Assembly (NCBI GenBank): GCA_902373415.1
Contig: CABKLX010000002.1
Span: forward strand, 37,425-101,424
Origin: an uncultured Eubacteriales bacterium
GTDB lineage: Bacteria; Bacillota; Clostridia; Oscillospirales; UBA644
Reading direction: 5' to 3'
DNA length: 64,000 nucleotides
Each line of letters starts with the position of its first letter. Position 1 is the first letter of the stretch. The position numbers and the translations under genes were made by a program. This document shows, piece by piece, positions 20,023-30,012 of this stretch. The notes beneath the pieces were generated by a model. That model was not told the DNA's origin. It made no database searches and saw only the letters and a list, made by a program, of their open reading frames with translations.

Positions 20023-20149
20023 ACGGAGGAATATATTATGTTATACAGAAGATGGCGCCGCCGCGCCGGGTAGAATGTAAATTTACAGATTACGGATAAC
20101 GATATTTTCAAAACAAGATATATTGAATAAATGAAAGCAGGTAAATATA

Positions 20150-21214
20150 ATGAAAAAAATAATCGCTCTTGCGCTCAGCGCGCTTTTTGCGTTCGGACTT
20201 CTCACCGCTTGCGGAAACGGCGGCAACCAGCCCTCCGGTTCTTCTCAGCCGAGCGGATCCGATAACGTAAAAGAATACACCGTCGGTATATGCAACTATG
20301 TTGACGACGCTTCTCTCAACCAGATCGTTGACAACATTAAATCTCAGCTTGAAACGATCGGCAACGAAAAAGGCGTCAAGTTCAATATCGAATACGACAA
20401 CTGCAACGCCGATGCCAACCTGATGAATCAGATCATATCTAATTTCATGGCGGATGAGGTAGATCTTATGGTCGGAGTTGCAACTCCCGTCGCCATGGCG
20501 ATGCAGTCCGCAACGGAAGATACTGATATTCCCGTTGTTTTCTCCGCCGTTACCGATCCCGTTTCGACCGCTATCGTTGAATCTCTCGAAGCACCCGGCA
20601 AAAACATAACGGGAACTTCCGATTATCTTAACACGAACGCGATCATGGACATCATTTTTGCCGTCAACAAGGACGCAAAGAAGATCGGACTTCTTTACGA
20701 TGTCGGGCAGGACGCTTCGACGACCGCGATACAGGACGCGAAAGCGTATCTTGACAATCTCGGCATCGAATATGTTGAACGTACCGGAACGACGGTCGAT
20801 GAAGTCACCCTGGCGGCTCAGGCGCTTGTTTCCGACGGCGTTGACGCAGTCTTCACCCCGACCGACAACACTATAATGACGGCTGAACTTTCCATTTACG
20901 AGATCTTTGCGAAAGCGGGCATTCCCCACTATGCCGGAGCCGACTCCTTCGCTCTCAACGGTGCGTTCCTCGGCTACGGCGTCGATTACATCGAACTCGG
21001 CAAAGAAACCGCGAATATGATCGCGGAGATCCTCATCGACGGAAAAAATCCCGCAACGATGGCAGTCCGCACCTTTGATAACGGCACGGCGACCGTAAAT
21101 ACCGAGATCTGCACGCAGCTCGGTCTCAATTTCGATGACATCTCCTCGGTGATCGCTCCTTATTGCACAAAGGTCAAGGATATCGTCACCGCCGAAAGTT
21201 TTGACGGTCAATAA
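20150..21214 (+). CDS. ABC transporter substrate-binding lipoprotein (ABC_sub_bind family, TrpX-like)
   Basis: 354 aa with lipobox LLTAC and a Gly/Ser-rich linker. First gene after the Trp T-box. Confidence 0.8.
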   Translation: MKKIIALALSALFAFGLLTACGNGGNQPSGSSQPSGSDNVKEYTVGICNYVDDASLNQIVDNIKSQLETIGNEKGVKFNIEYDNCNADANLMNQIISNFMADEVDLMVGVATPVAMAMQSATEDTDIPVVFSAVTDPVSTAIVESLEAPGKNITGTSDYLNTNAIMDIIFAVNKDAKKIGLLYDVGQDASTTAIQDAKAYLDNLGIEYVERTGTTVDEVTLAAQALVSDGVDAVFTPTDNTIMTAELSIYEIFAKAGIPHYAGADSFALNGAFLGYGVDYIELGKETANMIAEILIDGKNPATMAVRTFDNGTATVNTEICTQLGLNFDDISSVIAPYCTKVKDIVTAESFDGQ

Positions 21215-21238
21215 TAGTCCGAAAGGATATTTATCTCA

Positions 21239-22159
21239 ATGATACTTCCCCTGATTCAAACCGCATCCGAACTCGGCTTAATAAGTGCGCTGACGGTTTT
21301 AGCGCTGTATCTGAGTTATTCGATGCTTAATGTGTGCGATCTTTCCACCGACGGCTGCTTCACTCTCGGAGCGACCGTCGGCGCGGTCGTTGCAATCTCC
21401 GGTCATCCTTATCTTTCGATCCCCGCGGCAATGGCGGCGGGAATAGCCTCGGGATTTGTCACGGCGTTTCTTCAAACAAAGATGGGCGTTAACAGCCTTC
21501 TTGCGGGAATAATCGTCAATACCGCGCTGTATTCCGTCAATATCGCGGTCATGGGCAATTCGTCGATCCTGAATATGAACAGAACCGAAACCGTTTTCAC
21601 AAAAACCAAAGAACTTCTGGCGGGAACTTTTCTCGAAGGACAGTATAAACTTGTGATCGCCGCTGTCGCGGTCATCGCGGTATGTGTCCTTCTCGGTCTT
21701 TTCCTGAAAACGAAACTCGGACTTGCGATCCGCGCGACGGGAAACAATCCCGATATGGTGCGTTCTTCGTCTATAAATCCCGTCTTTACAACGATCGTCG
21801 GTCTGTGCGTCGCAAACTCTTTTACGGCGCTTTCCGGTTGTCTTCTTGCCCAGTCGCAGAAGTCCGTCAATATCGACATCGGAACGGGAATGGTCACGAT
21901 CGCGCTCGCCTCGCTTCTTATCGGCGGCGTTTTCACGGGAAAGAGAAAGATCCCCGTTCAGCTCGTCGGCATGGTTCTCGGCGCGTTCATTTTCCGATTT
22001 GTTTATACGGTCGCGTTGCGTTTCGATATGCCGGCATTCATGCTGAAATTCGTTTCGTCCGTCATCGTTGTCGCGGCAATCTCGATCCCGTATCTGAAAG
22101 GACGTTTTCCGCTTCTTAAACGAAGACTTGACCGCTTTTTCAAAAGGAGGGCTTCGTGA
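21239..22159 (+). CDS. ABC transporter permease (TrpY-like)
   Basis: 306 aa, polytopic, branched-chain/sugar-type permease fold. Same operon. Confidence 0.8.
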   Translation: MILPLIQTASELGLISALTVLALYLSYSMLNVCDLSTDGCFTLGATVGAVVAISGHPYLSIPAAMAAGIASGFVTAFLQTKMGVNSLLAGIIVNTALYSVNIAVMGNSSILNMNRTETVFTKTKELLAGTFLEGQYKLVIAAVAVIAVCVLLGLFLKTKLGLAIRATGNNPDMVRSSSINPVFTTIVGLCVANSFTALSGCLLAQSQKSVNIDIGTGMVTIALASLLIGGVFTGKRKIPVQLVGMVLGAFIFRFVYTVALRFDMPAFMLKFVSSVIVVAAISIPYLKGRFPLLKRRLDRFFKRRAS

Positions 22160-22944
22160 TGCTGAATATCTCACACGTTTATAAGACCTTCAACCCCGGA
22201 ACGGCAGATTCAAAACTCGCCCTCGATGATCTTTGTCTCGATGTTGCGGAAGGCGATTTCATCACCGTTATCGGAGCAAACGGCGCGGGCAAATCCACGA
22301 TGTTCAACGCGATCGCGGGGACTTTTCTGACCGATAGGGGAGAGATATTCCTTGACGGAGAAGATATTACGCTGACCCCCGAACATAAACGCGCAAAGAA
22401 TATCGGACGGCTTTTTCAGGATCCGATGCTCGGAAGCGCGCCCGGAATGACGGTTGAGGAAAATCTTGCGCTTTCCGCCGGACGGGGCGGTTGGCTCAGC
22501 CATGTTTCAAAAGCCGATAAAAAGGCTTTCCGCGACCGTGTCGCGCTTCTCGGAATGGGCTTGGAGGACAGAATGAACCAGCGCGTCGGGCTTCTTTCCG
22601 GCGGACAGCGCCAGGCGCTGACGCTGATGATGGCGACATTCAATCCTCCGAAACTGCTGCTTCTCGACGAACATACCGCGGCATTGGATCCCGGAACTGC
22701 GGAAAAGGTTCTCGCGCTGACAAAACAGATCGTTGAGGAAAACAATCTGACTTGCCTGATGATAACTCACAATATGCAATCCGCGCTTGAACTCGGAAAC
22801 CGCACGATCATGATGGATCGCGGACGCATCGTCATGTCCGCGTCCGGGGAAGAAAGAAAATCTCTCACGGTCTCCGACCTTCTGCGGATATTCAGGGAAG
22901 CATCCGGCAAAGACCTCGACAACGACAGAATGTTGCTGATATAA
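22156..22944 (+). CDS. ABC transporter ATP-binding protein (TrpZ-like)
   Basis: Walker A GANGAGKST, signature LSGGQRQ, Walker B LLLDEHTAALD. The GTG/ATG start overlaps the permease stop. Confidence 0.9.
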   Translation: MMLNISHVYKTFNPGTADSKLALDDLCLDVAEGDFITVIGANGAGKSTMFNAIAGTFLTDRGEIFLDGEDITLTPEHKRAKNIGRLFQDPMLGSAPGMTVEENLALSAGRGGWLSHVSKADKKAFRDRVALLGMGLEDRMNQRVGLLSGGQRQALTLMMATFNPPKLLLLDEHTAALDPGTAEKVLALTKQIVEENNLTCLMITHNMQSALELGNRTIMMDRGRIVMSASGEERKSLTVSDLLRIFREASGKDLDNDRMLLI

Positions 22945-23135
22945 TTGTTGAGGACCTGATGCCGAACATCTGATCGCGTTAAAACCGTTGCATATCCTGA
23001 GGACACGGATTATCAGCCACAGTTTCCCCGAGGATTTGATCCTGTAAACCGTTTCAACCGTAAGTTCAAAAAAATGCGGACAATTTCCCTGTCAAAGCGG
23101 TGATACGGGAAAACAGCATTTTTAAGGGAATAATT

Positions 23136-24335
23136 ATGACAAGACAAAAGAATTACCGAAAGACGCTTGCAGCTTGTTGTCTCGGATTTGTTACGCAAGC
23201 CATATCCGCAAATTTTGCCCCGTTATTGTTTTTAACATTCAAAAACGTTTACGGGATCTCTCTTGAAAAGATTGCAATGATTCCCCTGGTTTTCTATTTG
23301 ACGCAATTGCTCATTGATCTTGCCGCCACCAAATTCGCCGACAAAATAGGATATCGCACCTGCGTGGTCTTCTCGCAAGTGTTATCGTCTGTAGGTCTTG
23401 TATTAATGGCGATATTACCGGAATTACTTCCCGTGCCGTTTGCGGGGCTTCTGATCTCGGTCGTGATTTATGCTTTGGGAAGCGGTCTTATTGAGGTTTT
23501 GGTAAGTCCCATCGTTGAAGCTTGTCCGTTTGAGAACAAAGACGGAAGGATGAGCCTGTTACATTCCTTCTATTGTTGGGGTGCAGTGTGTGTCATTTTG
23601 GGCTCCACGCTGTTTTTCACCGTATTTGGTGTGGAAAATTGGAAAATACTCACTTTGATCTGGGCATTGATTCCGTTGTATAACACATTCAATTTTATCA
23701 ACTGTCCCATAGAACGGTTGGTTGAAGACGGCAAGAGTATGGGCATCTGCAAACTTCTGAAAACGCCTGTCTTCTGGTTGATGATAATACTTATGGTATG
23801 TTCGGGCGCATCGGAAGCAACTATGGCTCAATGGGCATCAGCCTTCACCGAATCTGCTATCGGGGTATCCAAAACGGTCGGTGACTTGGCAGGCCCGTGT
23901 TTGTTTGCAATGTTTATGGGTATATCCCGTATGCTGTACGGAAAACTCAGCGAAAAACTTGATTTGACCAAGGTTATGCTTGTTTGCGGGATCATGTGCG
24001 CCGGTTGCTATTTGCTGGCTTCTCTGTCCTCATTGCCGACCCTCGGACTCGCAGGTTGCTCGCTTTGCGGTTTGGCTGTCGGCGTTATGTGGCCGGGCTC
24101 TATCAGCATATCCTCGCAGAAATGTCCGAGAGGCGGGACGGCGATGTTTGCGTTTTTGGCATTGGCCGGAGATTTTGGCGCTACGGTCAGTCCCACTATG
24201 ACAGGCAGTCTTTCCGAAATGGCAGGCGGTAATCTTAAAATGGGGTTGCTCGCTGCAACGGTATTTCCCGCGGGGCTTGTTTTCGGATTGCTGATCCTTC
24301 GGAAAAAGGTCGGTAAATCATTAAACAGAGAATAA
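23136..24335 (+). CDS. MFS transporter
   Basis: ORF 23100..24335 trimmed to ATG 23136 (MTRQKNYRK...). About 12 predicted TM helices. Visibly lower GC and CG-dinucleotide content than its neighbours. Confidence 0.75.
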   Translation: MTRQKNYRKTLAACCLGFVTQAISANFAPLLFLTFKNVYGISLEKIAMIPLVFYLTQLLIDLAATKFADKIGYRTCVVFSQVLSSVGLVLMAILPELLPVPFAGLLISVVIYALGSGLIEVLVSPIVEACPFENKDGRMSLLHSFYCWGAVCVILGSTLFFTVFGVENWKILTLIWALIPLYNTFNFINCPIERLVEDGKSMGICKLLKTPVFWLMIILMVCSGASEATMAQWASAFTESAIGVSKTVGDLAGPCLFAMFMGISRMLYGKLSEKLDLTKVMLVCGIMCAGCYLLASLSSLPTLGLAGCSLCGLAVGVMWPGSISISSQKCPRGGTAMFAFLALAGDFGATVSPTMTGSLSEMAGGNLKMGLLAATVFPAGLVFGLLILRKKVGKSLNRE

Positions 24336-24653
24336 TATAATTCGCTTAATTGAACCGAAAAAATATTTTATTTTTTCAAAAACACTTGAAAAAACGCATC
24401 TGTTCGCATATAAGTTCCCTGCCGTCTTGACAACGCGATGACGACAAAATTTTTGACGGTCCGTGTTTTTACGGGCGATCCGAAGGCTCCCGATAATATG
24501 AGTGAAAATCCCCGTTCAAAATAGTTTGGTTTACGGGTTTCAGGGGCGAGCGGAAGCAAGTTTTCCCGTGTTCGGAAAATTCCGAAGAAAGGCTTTTCCC
24601 CGCGTTTGCGCCTGCAACCGTTGCAAAACATCAAATTGAATTGCAGAAAAAGT

Positions 24654-24696
24654 AAAGAGCTGACCGATTTTCCCGGAAGTCGGTCAGCTCTTTTTT
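24654..24696. terminator. Bidirectional intrinsic terminator
   Basis: AAAGAGCUGACCGA-N12-UCGGUCAGCUCUUU with U-runs on both strands. It lies 15 nt beyond the stop of the minus-strand nucleoside ABC operon. Confidence 0.85.
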
Positions 24697-24710
24697 GATC
24701 ATATTCTGTT

Positions 24711-25673
24711 TTATCTTTCTTCTCTGAAATAGGAAAGTCCGAGGCCTTCGGGCGCCTGATTTTCCTTTTTGTTTCTTATGCTTGTGATTATAAGCACCAG
24801 GATGGTTACGACAAACGGAAGCATTTTGATCATCGGCTTCATCGTTGTCGAGATACCGGGCAGATAGTTTCCGATCTTATACAGCGCGCCGAAAACGAAC
24901 GATCCGATGATCGCGAGATTCGGTTTCCACAGCGAGAATATGACGAGCGCGATTGCAAGCCATCCGATCGCGTCGATCGTGTATTCCCAGTTGCCGCCGA
25001 GGTTGTCCATTATGTAGCCGAGTCCTCCGAGACCGGCAATTCCGCTGCCGATTATCGTCGCGACATAGCGATACTTCGTGACGCTTATACCTGCCGCATC
25101 AGCCGTTGCGGGGTCTTCTCCGACGGCGCGGAGATGAAGCCCCGTTCTGGTCTTTTTCAGCACAAACGCGCACACGAGCGCGACGATGATCGAAAGATAG
25201 ACCATAACTCCGTATGAGAAAACAAGTTTGCCGAAGGCACCGAGTTTGTCGGCAAACGGAAGATATGCGGTGAAAAACTTGCTCGCGGTGGAGAAAGACG
25301 AAGCCTCCACGCCCGCGATCATAAGGTCGGAAACGCCTATTCCGAGCGTTGTGAGAACAAGTCCCGTTACGTTTTGATTGGCGCGCAGGGTAACGGTCAG
25401 GAAACAGTAAATAAGTCCCATAAGACCGCCGCCGATAAATGTCGCCAATATCGGAAGTATTACGGCAAGCACCGGATTTGCGGCGTCAATTCCTCCGACT
25501 CCGTTCACGTAGAACGCCTCCGCGCAGCATCCGAACGCCGCGCCGACGCACATCGTTCCCGGAATACCGAGGTTCAGATGTCCGGATTTTTCCGTCAGGA
25601 TTTCTCCGGTCGAACCGAAGAGGAATGCCATGCCCGAGCGGATCGTCTGGAAGAGAAAGTTAATGATATCCAT
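24711..25673 (-). CDS. Nucleoside/BMP-type ABC transporter permease (NupQ-like)
   Basis: 320 aa, polytopic. Last gene of the guanine-riboswitch operon. Overlaps the upstream permease by 14 nt. Confidence 0.85.
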   Translation of the reverse strand: MDIINFLFQTIRSGMAFLFGSTGEILTEKSGHLNLGIPGTMCVGAAFGCCAEAFYVNGVGGIDAANPVLAVILPILATFIGGGLMGLIYCFLTVTLRANQNVTGLVLTTLGIGVSDLMIAGVEASSFSTASKFFTAYLPFADKLGAFGKLVFSYGVMVYLSIIVALVCAFVLKKTRTGLHLRAVGEDPATADAAGISVTKYRYVATIIGSGIAGLGGLGYIMDNLGGNWEYTIDAIGWLAIALVIFSLWKPNLAIIGSFVFGALYKIGNYLPGISTTMKPMIKMLPFVVTILVLIITSIRNKKENQAPEGLGLSYFREER

Positions 25674-26793
25674 GCTGAACGACCTCCTTTGAGGAATGAC
25701 GGAACATGATCTTATAATTTATGAAGAACTCACAGCCGACAACGAAGAGAAGTACGACCGCCGTTACGATATCCGAGATCGAGCCGTCGATCTTGAATTT
25801 TGTCGCGACCTGCGTCGTTCCGACTTCGAGGAAGGAAACAAGCGCGGACGTGAGAACCATGATGAGCGGGTTGAACTTCGCCATCCACGAAACGAGGATC
25901 GCCGTGAAACCGATCGAACCGATCGTGTCCGTCGGGCTGACCGTGCAGTCAACGCCGCCGACGATCAAAAATCCGACCAGACCGCAGATCGCGCCGGAAA
26001 GAAGCATCGTTCTGATTATGACTTTCTTGACGTTGATTCCTATATAAAGCGCGGTGTTTCGGCTTTCTCCGACAACGGAGATCTCATATCCGTGCTTTGA
26101 ATAACGCAGATATACGAACATAAGAGCCGTTACGACCGCTATGACGATGATCGAAAGCAGCCACTTTCCGCTTCCCGTGCTTTCGCCGAGTTTCGGGAGC
26201 GCGTAATCCGTCATCGGTTGCAGTTTGCCCGAGCCGTTAGGAGCCCATATCGTGATGCACGTTTCCACCGCCTGGACCGCGATATAGTTCATCATCAGCG
26301 TGAAAAGCGTTTCGTTCGTGTTCCATTTTGCTTTGAATATTGCGGGAAGCACCGCCCAGATCATGCCCGAAACAAGGCTTGCGGCGAGCATGAAGACCCA
26401 GAGCAATCCTGTCGGGACTTTTCCTCCGAAGTAGAACATGACGGCGGCGGTCGAGAGCGCGCCTATAAGCGCCTGACCGTTTGCACCGATATTCCAGAAT
26501 TTCATTTTGAAAGCGGGCGTGATCGCTATCGAAACTCCGAGAAGGATCGCCGTTTTATAAATGAACATCCACAGCCTTCTCGATGTTTTCGTGTTCAGAC
26601 CGAGCGCGCCGTCGAGCATGGCTTTGAAAAACTCTCCCGGATTGCGTCCCGTTATCAGAACAACTATCAGCGTACAGGCAAGGAAAGCGAGGATGATTGC
26701 CCCGATCCTGACGGGAACGCTCAGATAAAAAGGAGCCGATGATCTTTTGACTATATGAAACATAGGTTCGTGAACTTTCTTTTCCGCAGCCAT
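25660..26793 (-). CDS. Nucleoside/BMP-type ABC transporter permease (NupP-like)
   Basis: 377 aa, polytopic. The start overlaps the ATPase stop. Confidence 0.85.
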   Translation of the reverse strand: MAAEKKVHEPMFHIVKRSSAPFYLSVPVRIGAIILAFLACTLIVVLITGRNPGEFFKAMLDGALGLNTKTSRRLWMFIYKTAILLGVSIAITPAFKMKFWNIGANGQALIGALSTAAVMFYFGGKVPTGLLWVFMLAASLVSGMIWAVLPAIFKAKWNTNETLFTLMMNYIAVQAVETCITIWAPNGSGKLQPMTDYALPKLGESTGSGKWLLSIIVIAVVTALMFVYLRYSKHGYEISVVGESRNTALYIGINVKKVIIRTMLLSGAICGLVGFLIVGGVDCTVSPTDTIGSIGFTAILVSWMAKFNPLIMVLTSALVSFLEVGTTQVATKFKIDGSISDIVTAVVLLFVVGCEFFINYKIMFRHSSKEVVQHGYH

Positions 26794-28328
26794 CAGTTTT
26801 CCTCCTTTTCCGCGTTATCCGTTTTTGTCATGAGAAGTCCGATCTCCTCTTTCTTTGCGGTTCTTCCGTCAACGATGCCCGTGACTTTGCCCGAGCCGAT
26901 GACGAGGATGCGGTCGCAAAGATCGAGAAGCACGTCAAGATCTTCTCCGACAAAAATAACGGCGACGCCTTTTTGCTTCTGCTCATTGAGCAGATTATAT
27001 ATCAGATATGACGAGTTGATGTCAAGTCCTCTGACCGGATACGCCGCCATAAGCACGGTCGGAGCGGCGGCTATTTCTCTTCCGACAAGAACTTTCTGAA
27101 CGTTTCCTCCCGAAAGACGACGGACGGGCGTCGATGCGGACGGTGTTACGACTTCAAGCTGTTTGATTATCGCGTTCGCAAGATCTTTCGGCTGTTTTCT
27201 GTGCAGGAACGCGCCTCTGCCCTTCCTGTAAGAGCGGAGCATCATATTGTCAACGATGTCCATGTTCCCGACAAGTCCCATTCCGAGACGGTCTTCGGGC
27301 ACGAAGGAAAGGCGAACGCCGAGTTCTCTGATCTGAAGCGGAGTTTTGTCTCTCAGATCCTCCGTTTTTCCGTTTTTCGGATTGTTGTAGAGGATCTCTC
27401 CGTTTTGAACTTTCTGCAAGCCCGCGATCGCTTCGAGAAGTTCTCTCTGACCGCTTCCGGCTATGCCCGCGATGCCGAGGATCTCTCCCGAACGCGCCGT
27501 GAAAGTCACGTCGTCAAGGATCTTCACCCCTTCGCGGTCCTTGCAACTGAGCCCTTTGACAAGAAGTCTGTCTACGGGGTTTTCAGGCTCCGTTCTTTCT
27601 ATATTGAGACTGACTTTTTTCCCGACCATCATTTCGGTCAGTTCAGCCTCGTTCGTATCTTTCGTGTTGACCGTTCCGATATATTCGCCTTTTCTAAGAA
27701 CGGCAACCTTGTCGGAAAGTTCAAGCACCTCATGAAGTTTGTGCGTGATTATTATTATGGATTTCCCGTCCTCTTTCATCTTTCTGAGGATCGCGAAAAG
27801 TTTTTTTGTTTCCTGCGGCGTAAGCACGGCGGTCGGCTCGTCGAGGATCAGTATGTCCGCGCCTCTGTAAAGGACTTTTATGATCTCAACGGTCTGTTTT
27901 TCGGAAACCGACATATCCGCGATGTGTTTCATCGGGTCGATCTCGAAACCGTAAGCCTCGCTGATCTCGCGGATCTTTTCGACGCTCTTTTTCGGGTCGA
28001 ATTTCTCATCTTTAAGCCCGAGTATGATATTTTCCGCCGCGGTGAACACATTTATAAGCTTGAAATGCTGATGTATCATTCCGATGCCGTATGAAAAAGC
28101 GTCTTTCGGAGATTTGATAACGGCCTCTTTCCCGTCGATCAGTATTTCTCCCGCATCGGGAAAGTAAATGCCCGATATCATGTTCATCAGCGTCGTTTTT
28201 CCGCTTCCGTTTTCGCCGAGGATCGAAAGTATCTCCCCTCTGTTGACGGTCATCGAAACGTCTTTGTTTGCAACGATGCTTCCGAAGGTCTTTGTTATAT
28301 TTCTCAGTTCTATCGCAGGTGTTTCCAT
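26793..28328 (-). CDS. Duplicated-domain ABC transporter ATP-binding protein (NupO-like)
   Basis: ORF trimmed to ATG 28328 (METPAIELRNITKTFG), which follows GGGAGG. Two ABC modules: GENGSGKTT / ILILDEPT, then GIAGSGQRE / LSGGNVQK. Confidence 0.9.
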   Translation of the reverse strand: METPAIELRNITKTFGSIVANKDVSMTVNRGEILSILGENGSGKTTLMNMISGIYFPDAGEILIDGKEAVIKSPKDAFSYGIGMIHQHFKLINVFTAAENIILGLKDEKFDPKKSVEKIREISEAYGFEIDPMKHIADMSVSEKQTVEIIKVLYRGADILILDEPTAVLTPQETKKLFAILRKMKEDGKSIIIITHKLHEVLELSDKVAVLRKGEYIGTVNTKDTNEAELTEMMVGKKVSLNIERTEPENPVDRLLVKGLSCKDREGVKILDDVTFTARSGEILGIAGIAGSGQRELLEAIAGLQKVQNGEILYNNPKNGKTEDLRDKTPLQIRELGVRLSFVPEDRLGMGLVGNMDIVDNMMLRSYRKGRGAFLHRKQPKDLANAIIKQLEVVTPSASTPVRRLSGGNVQKVLVGREIAAAPTVLMAAYPVRGLDINSSYLIYNLLNEQKQKGVAVIFVGEDLDVLLDLCDRILVIGSGKVTGIVDGRTAKKEEIGLLMTKTDNAEKEEN

Positions 28329-28455
28329 TTTTGACCTCCCGCACTTTTGATATTTCAAAAACGTATTGCCGCGCAGTACGTTTTTCAGATATCAAAGTCT
28401 GTTTAATGAAAGTAAAGGCGGAGCATTGATACCCCGCCTTTACGGTTTTTTTTAA

Positions 28456-29751
28456 TTACTTGTCGAGTCTCGTGATGCCGTCGATATTGATATCGAAGTA
28501 AGGAGCGGAACGCTTCTCGGACTCATGGAAGCAGCCGTCCGAAACAACGTCGGTCTCGGGAACGAAGTCGCCCATATCGTCAACATCGGCCTTGTAAGCG
28601 GTGATGTGACCTTCTTCATCAACGGTCATGTTGTCGGTAACGTTCGCGCCGCTTACGGTGAAGGTGTCGGTCGCGAATACCTTGATCTCGCCTTTTTCAA
28701 GCTTCTCGATTGCAGCTTCAATGGCTTCTTTCGTGCCGGCGGCAGCAGCCTTTTCGTTGATCTCGGTCAGAACGACGGAGCCGGTCGCAAGGGTTCCGGT
28801 CCAGTCGGTCGCGATGGTCTCGTCCTTCGCAACGCAGTTGATGATGTATTCAAAATACGGAGCCCAGTTGATCTTGGAGGAAACTATGAAAGTGTTCGGG
28901 CAGGATTCAACGGTCGATCCGTTGTAGGAAACATTGGGAACGTTTCTCGCTTCGCAAGCGGAGGGAGCACCCATCGAGTCAGCGTGCTGAGAAATAAGAA
29001 CAGCACCCTTGTCCATAAGGGAGTTTGCAACGTCTCTTTCGGAGTCAACGCTGTACCAAGAACCGGTGAAGTCAACCATCATGGTGACGGACGGACAAAC
29101 GGAACGTGCGCCGAGGAAGAAAGAGGTGTAACCGGAAACAACTTCCGCATAGGGGAATGCGCCGACATAACCCATAACTGCCTGCTCGGCGGTGATCGTG
29201 CCGGCATCGATCATTTCGTTGAGTTTCATACCTGCGGCGATACCTGCGAGGAAACGGCCTTCATAAATGGAAGCGAAAGCGTTGTGGTAGTTGGAAAGGC
29301 CTTCGGTGTGAGCCTTGGTTCCGGTCGCATGGCAGAACTGAACGTCGGGGAATTCTTTCGCAGCCTGGATCATAAACGCTTCATGACCGAAGCTGTCCGC
29401 AAATACTATGTTGCAACCCTGATCCGCAAGGTCAGCCGCAGCGTCATAGCAAGCAGAGGATTCGTCAACGGGATATTTGAAGATCACCTGATCGTCGGAA
29501 AGACCGAGGGTCTGCTGAACTTCTTTTGCCGCGTTCATGAAGTTCAAGTCGTAAGTGGACTTGTCATCGTGAAGGAAAATGAAACCGATTTTGATGTCGG
29601 AATAATCAACGGTCTCGCTGTCGCCTGTCGCATCGGTCTTCTGGGCGCCGGTGGTCGTTGCTGTGTCATCTCCGTTCTTGCAGCCCGCAAGCGCGAAGAG
29701 AGAACATACCATGATTGCCGCAAGGCAAAGAGCAAAAATCTTTTTGCACAT
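28456..29751 (-). CDS. BMP-family (PnrA/NupN-like) nucleoside-binding lipoprotein
   Basis: ORF trimmed to ATG 29751 (MCKKIFALCLAAIMVCSLFALAGC, lipobox LAGC), which follows AGGAGG. BMP-like core FLHDDKSTYDLNF...GYVGAFPYAEV. Confidence 0.85.
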   Translation of the reverse strand: MCKKIFALCLAAIMVCSLFALAGCKNGDDTATTTGAQKTDATGDSETVDYSDIKIGFIFLHDDKSTYDLNFMNAAKEVQQTLGLSDDQVIFKYPVDESSACYDAAADLADQGCNIVFADSFGHEAFMIQAAKEFPDVQFCHATGTKAHTEGLSNYHNAFASIYEGRFLAGIAAGMKLNEMIDAGTITAEQAVMGYVGAFPYAEVVSGYTSFFLGARSVCPSVTMMVDFTGSWYSVDSERDVANSLMDKGAVLISQHADSMGAPSACEARNVPNVSYNGSTVESCPNTFIVSSKINWAPYFEYIINCVAKDETIATDWTGTLATGSVVLTEINEKAAAAGTKEAIEAAIEKLEKGEIKVFATDTFTVSGANVTDNMTVDEEGHITAYKADVDDMGDFVPETDVVSDGCFHESEKRSAPYFDINIDGITRLDK

Positions 29752-29823
29752 AGTACTGCGTACCTCCTGAAAAAAGAAAAGAATGTTATTTATCGGATGC
29801 GGGGATTTCCGCATCGACATATA

Positions 29824-29992
29824 CAGAAAATAAAAAATCGGCGTACCGCCGTTCGGTACACCGTTCACGAAAGAAACAATAATATCCCCTTTGCTTAATG
29901 TCGAGGGGAATACGTTTTATTGAAACTCATAGTCGGAACATTTACGGCGTCCGGTAGAAACTTTCTGTCCATATCACAGATGATATACAAGC
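29824..29992 (-). promoter_or_regulatory. Purine riboswitch, guanine/hypoxanthine class, with intrinsic terminator expression platform
   Basis: The minus-strand RNA reads CUUGUAUAUCAUCUGUGAUAUGGACAGAAAGUUUCUACCGGACGCCGUAAAUGUUCCGACUAUGAG (29991..29926). It aligns almost base for base with the B. subtilis xpt aptamer core (UAUA..GAUAUGG..AGUUUCUACC..CCGUAAAU..GACUAUG). The specificity position is C (29932), not U as in adenine sensors. Terminator CGGUGUACCG-AACGG-CGGUACGCCG plus U6AU4 at 29863..29824. Confidence 0.88.
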
Positions 29993-30012
29993 TTTTATTC
30001 AATTACAGAATT

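Noticed and set aside
24368-24634. 88-aa minus-strand ORF in the gap between the MFS gene and the nucleoside operon
   Set aside because: It has no RBS, no recognisable motif and lies downstream of the operon terminator. The region is reported instead as unexplained non-coding DNA.
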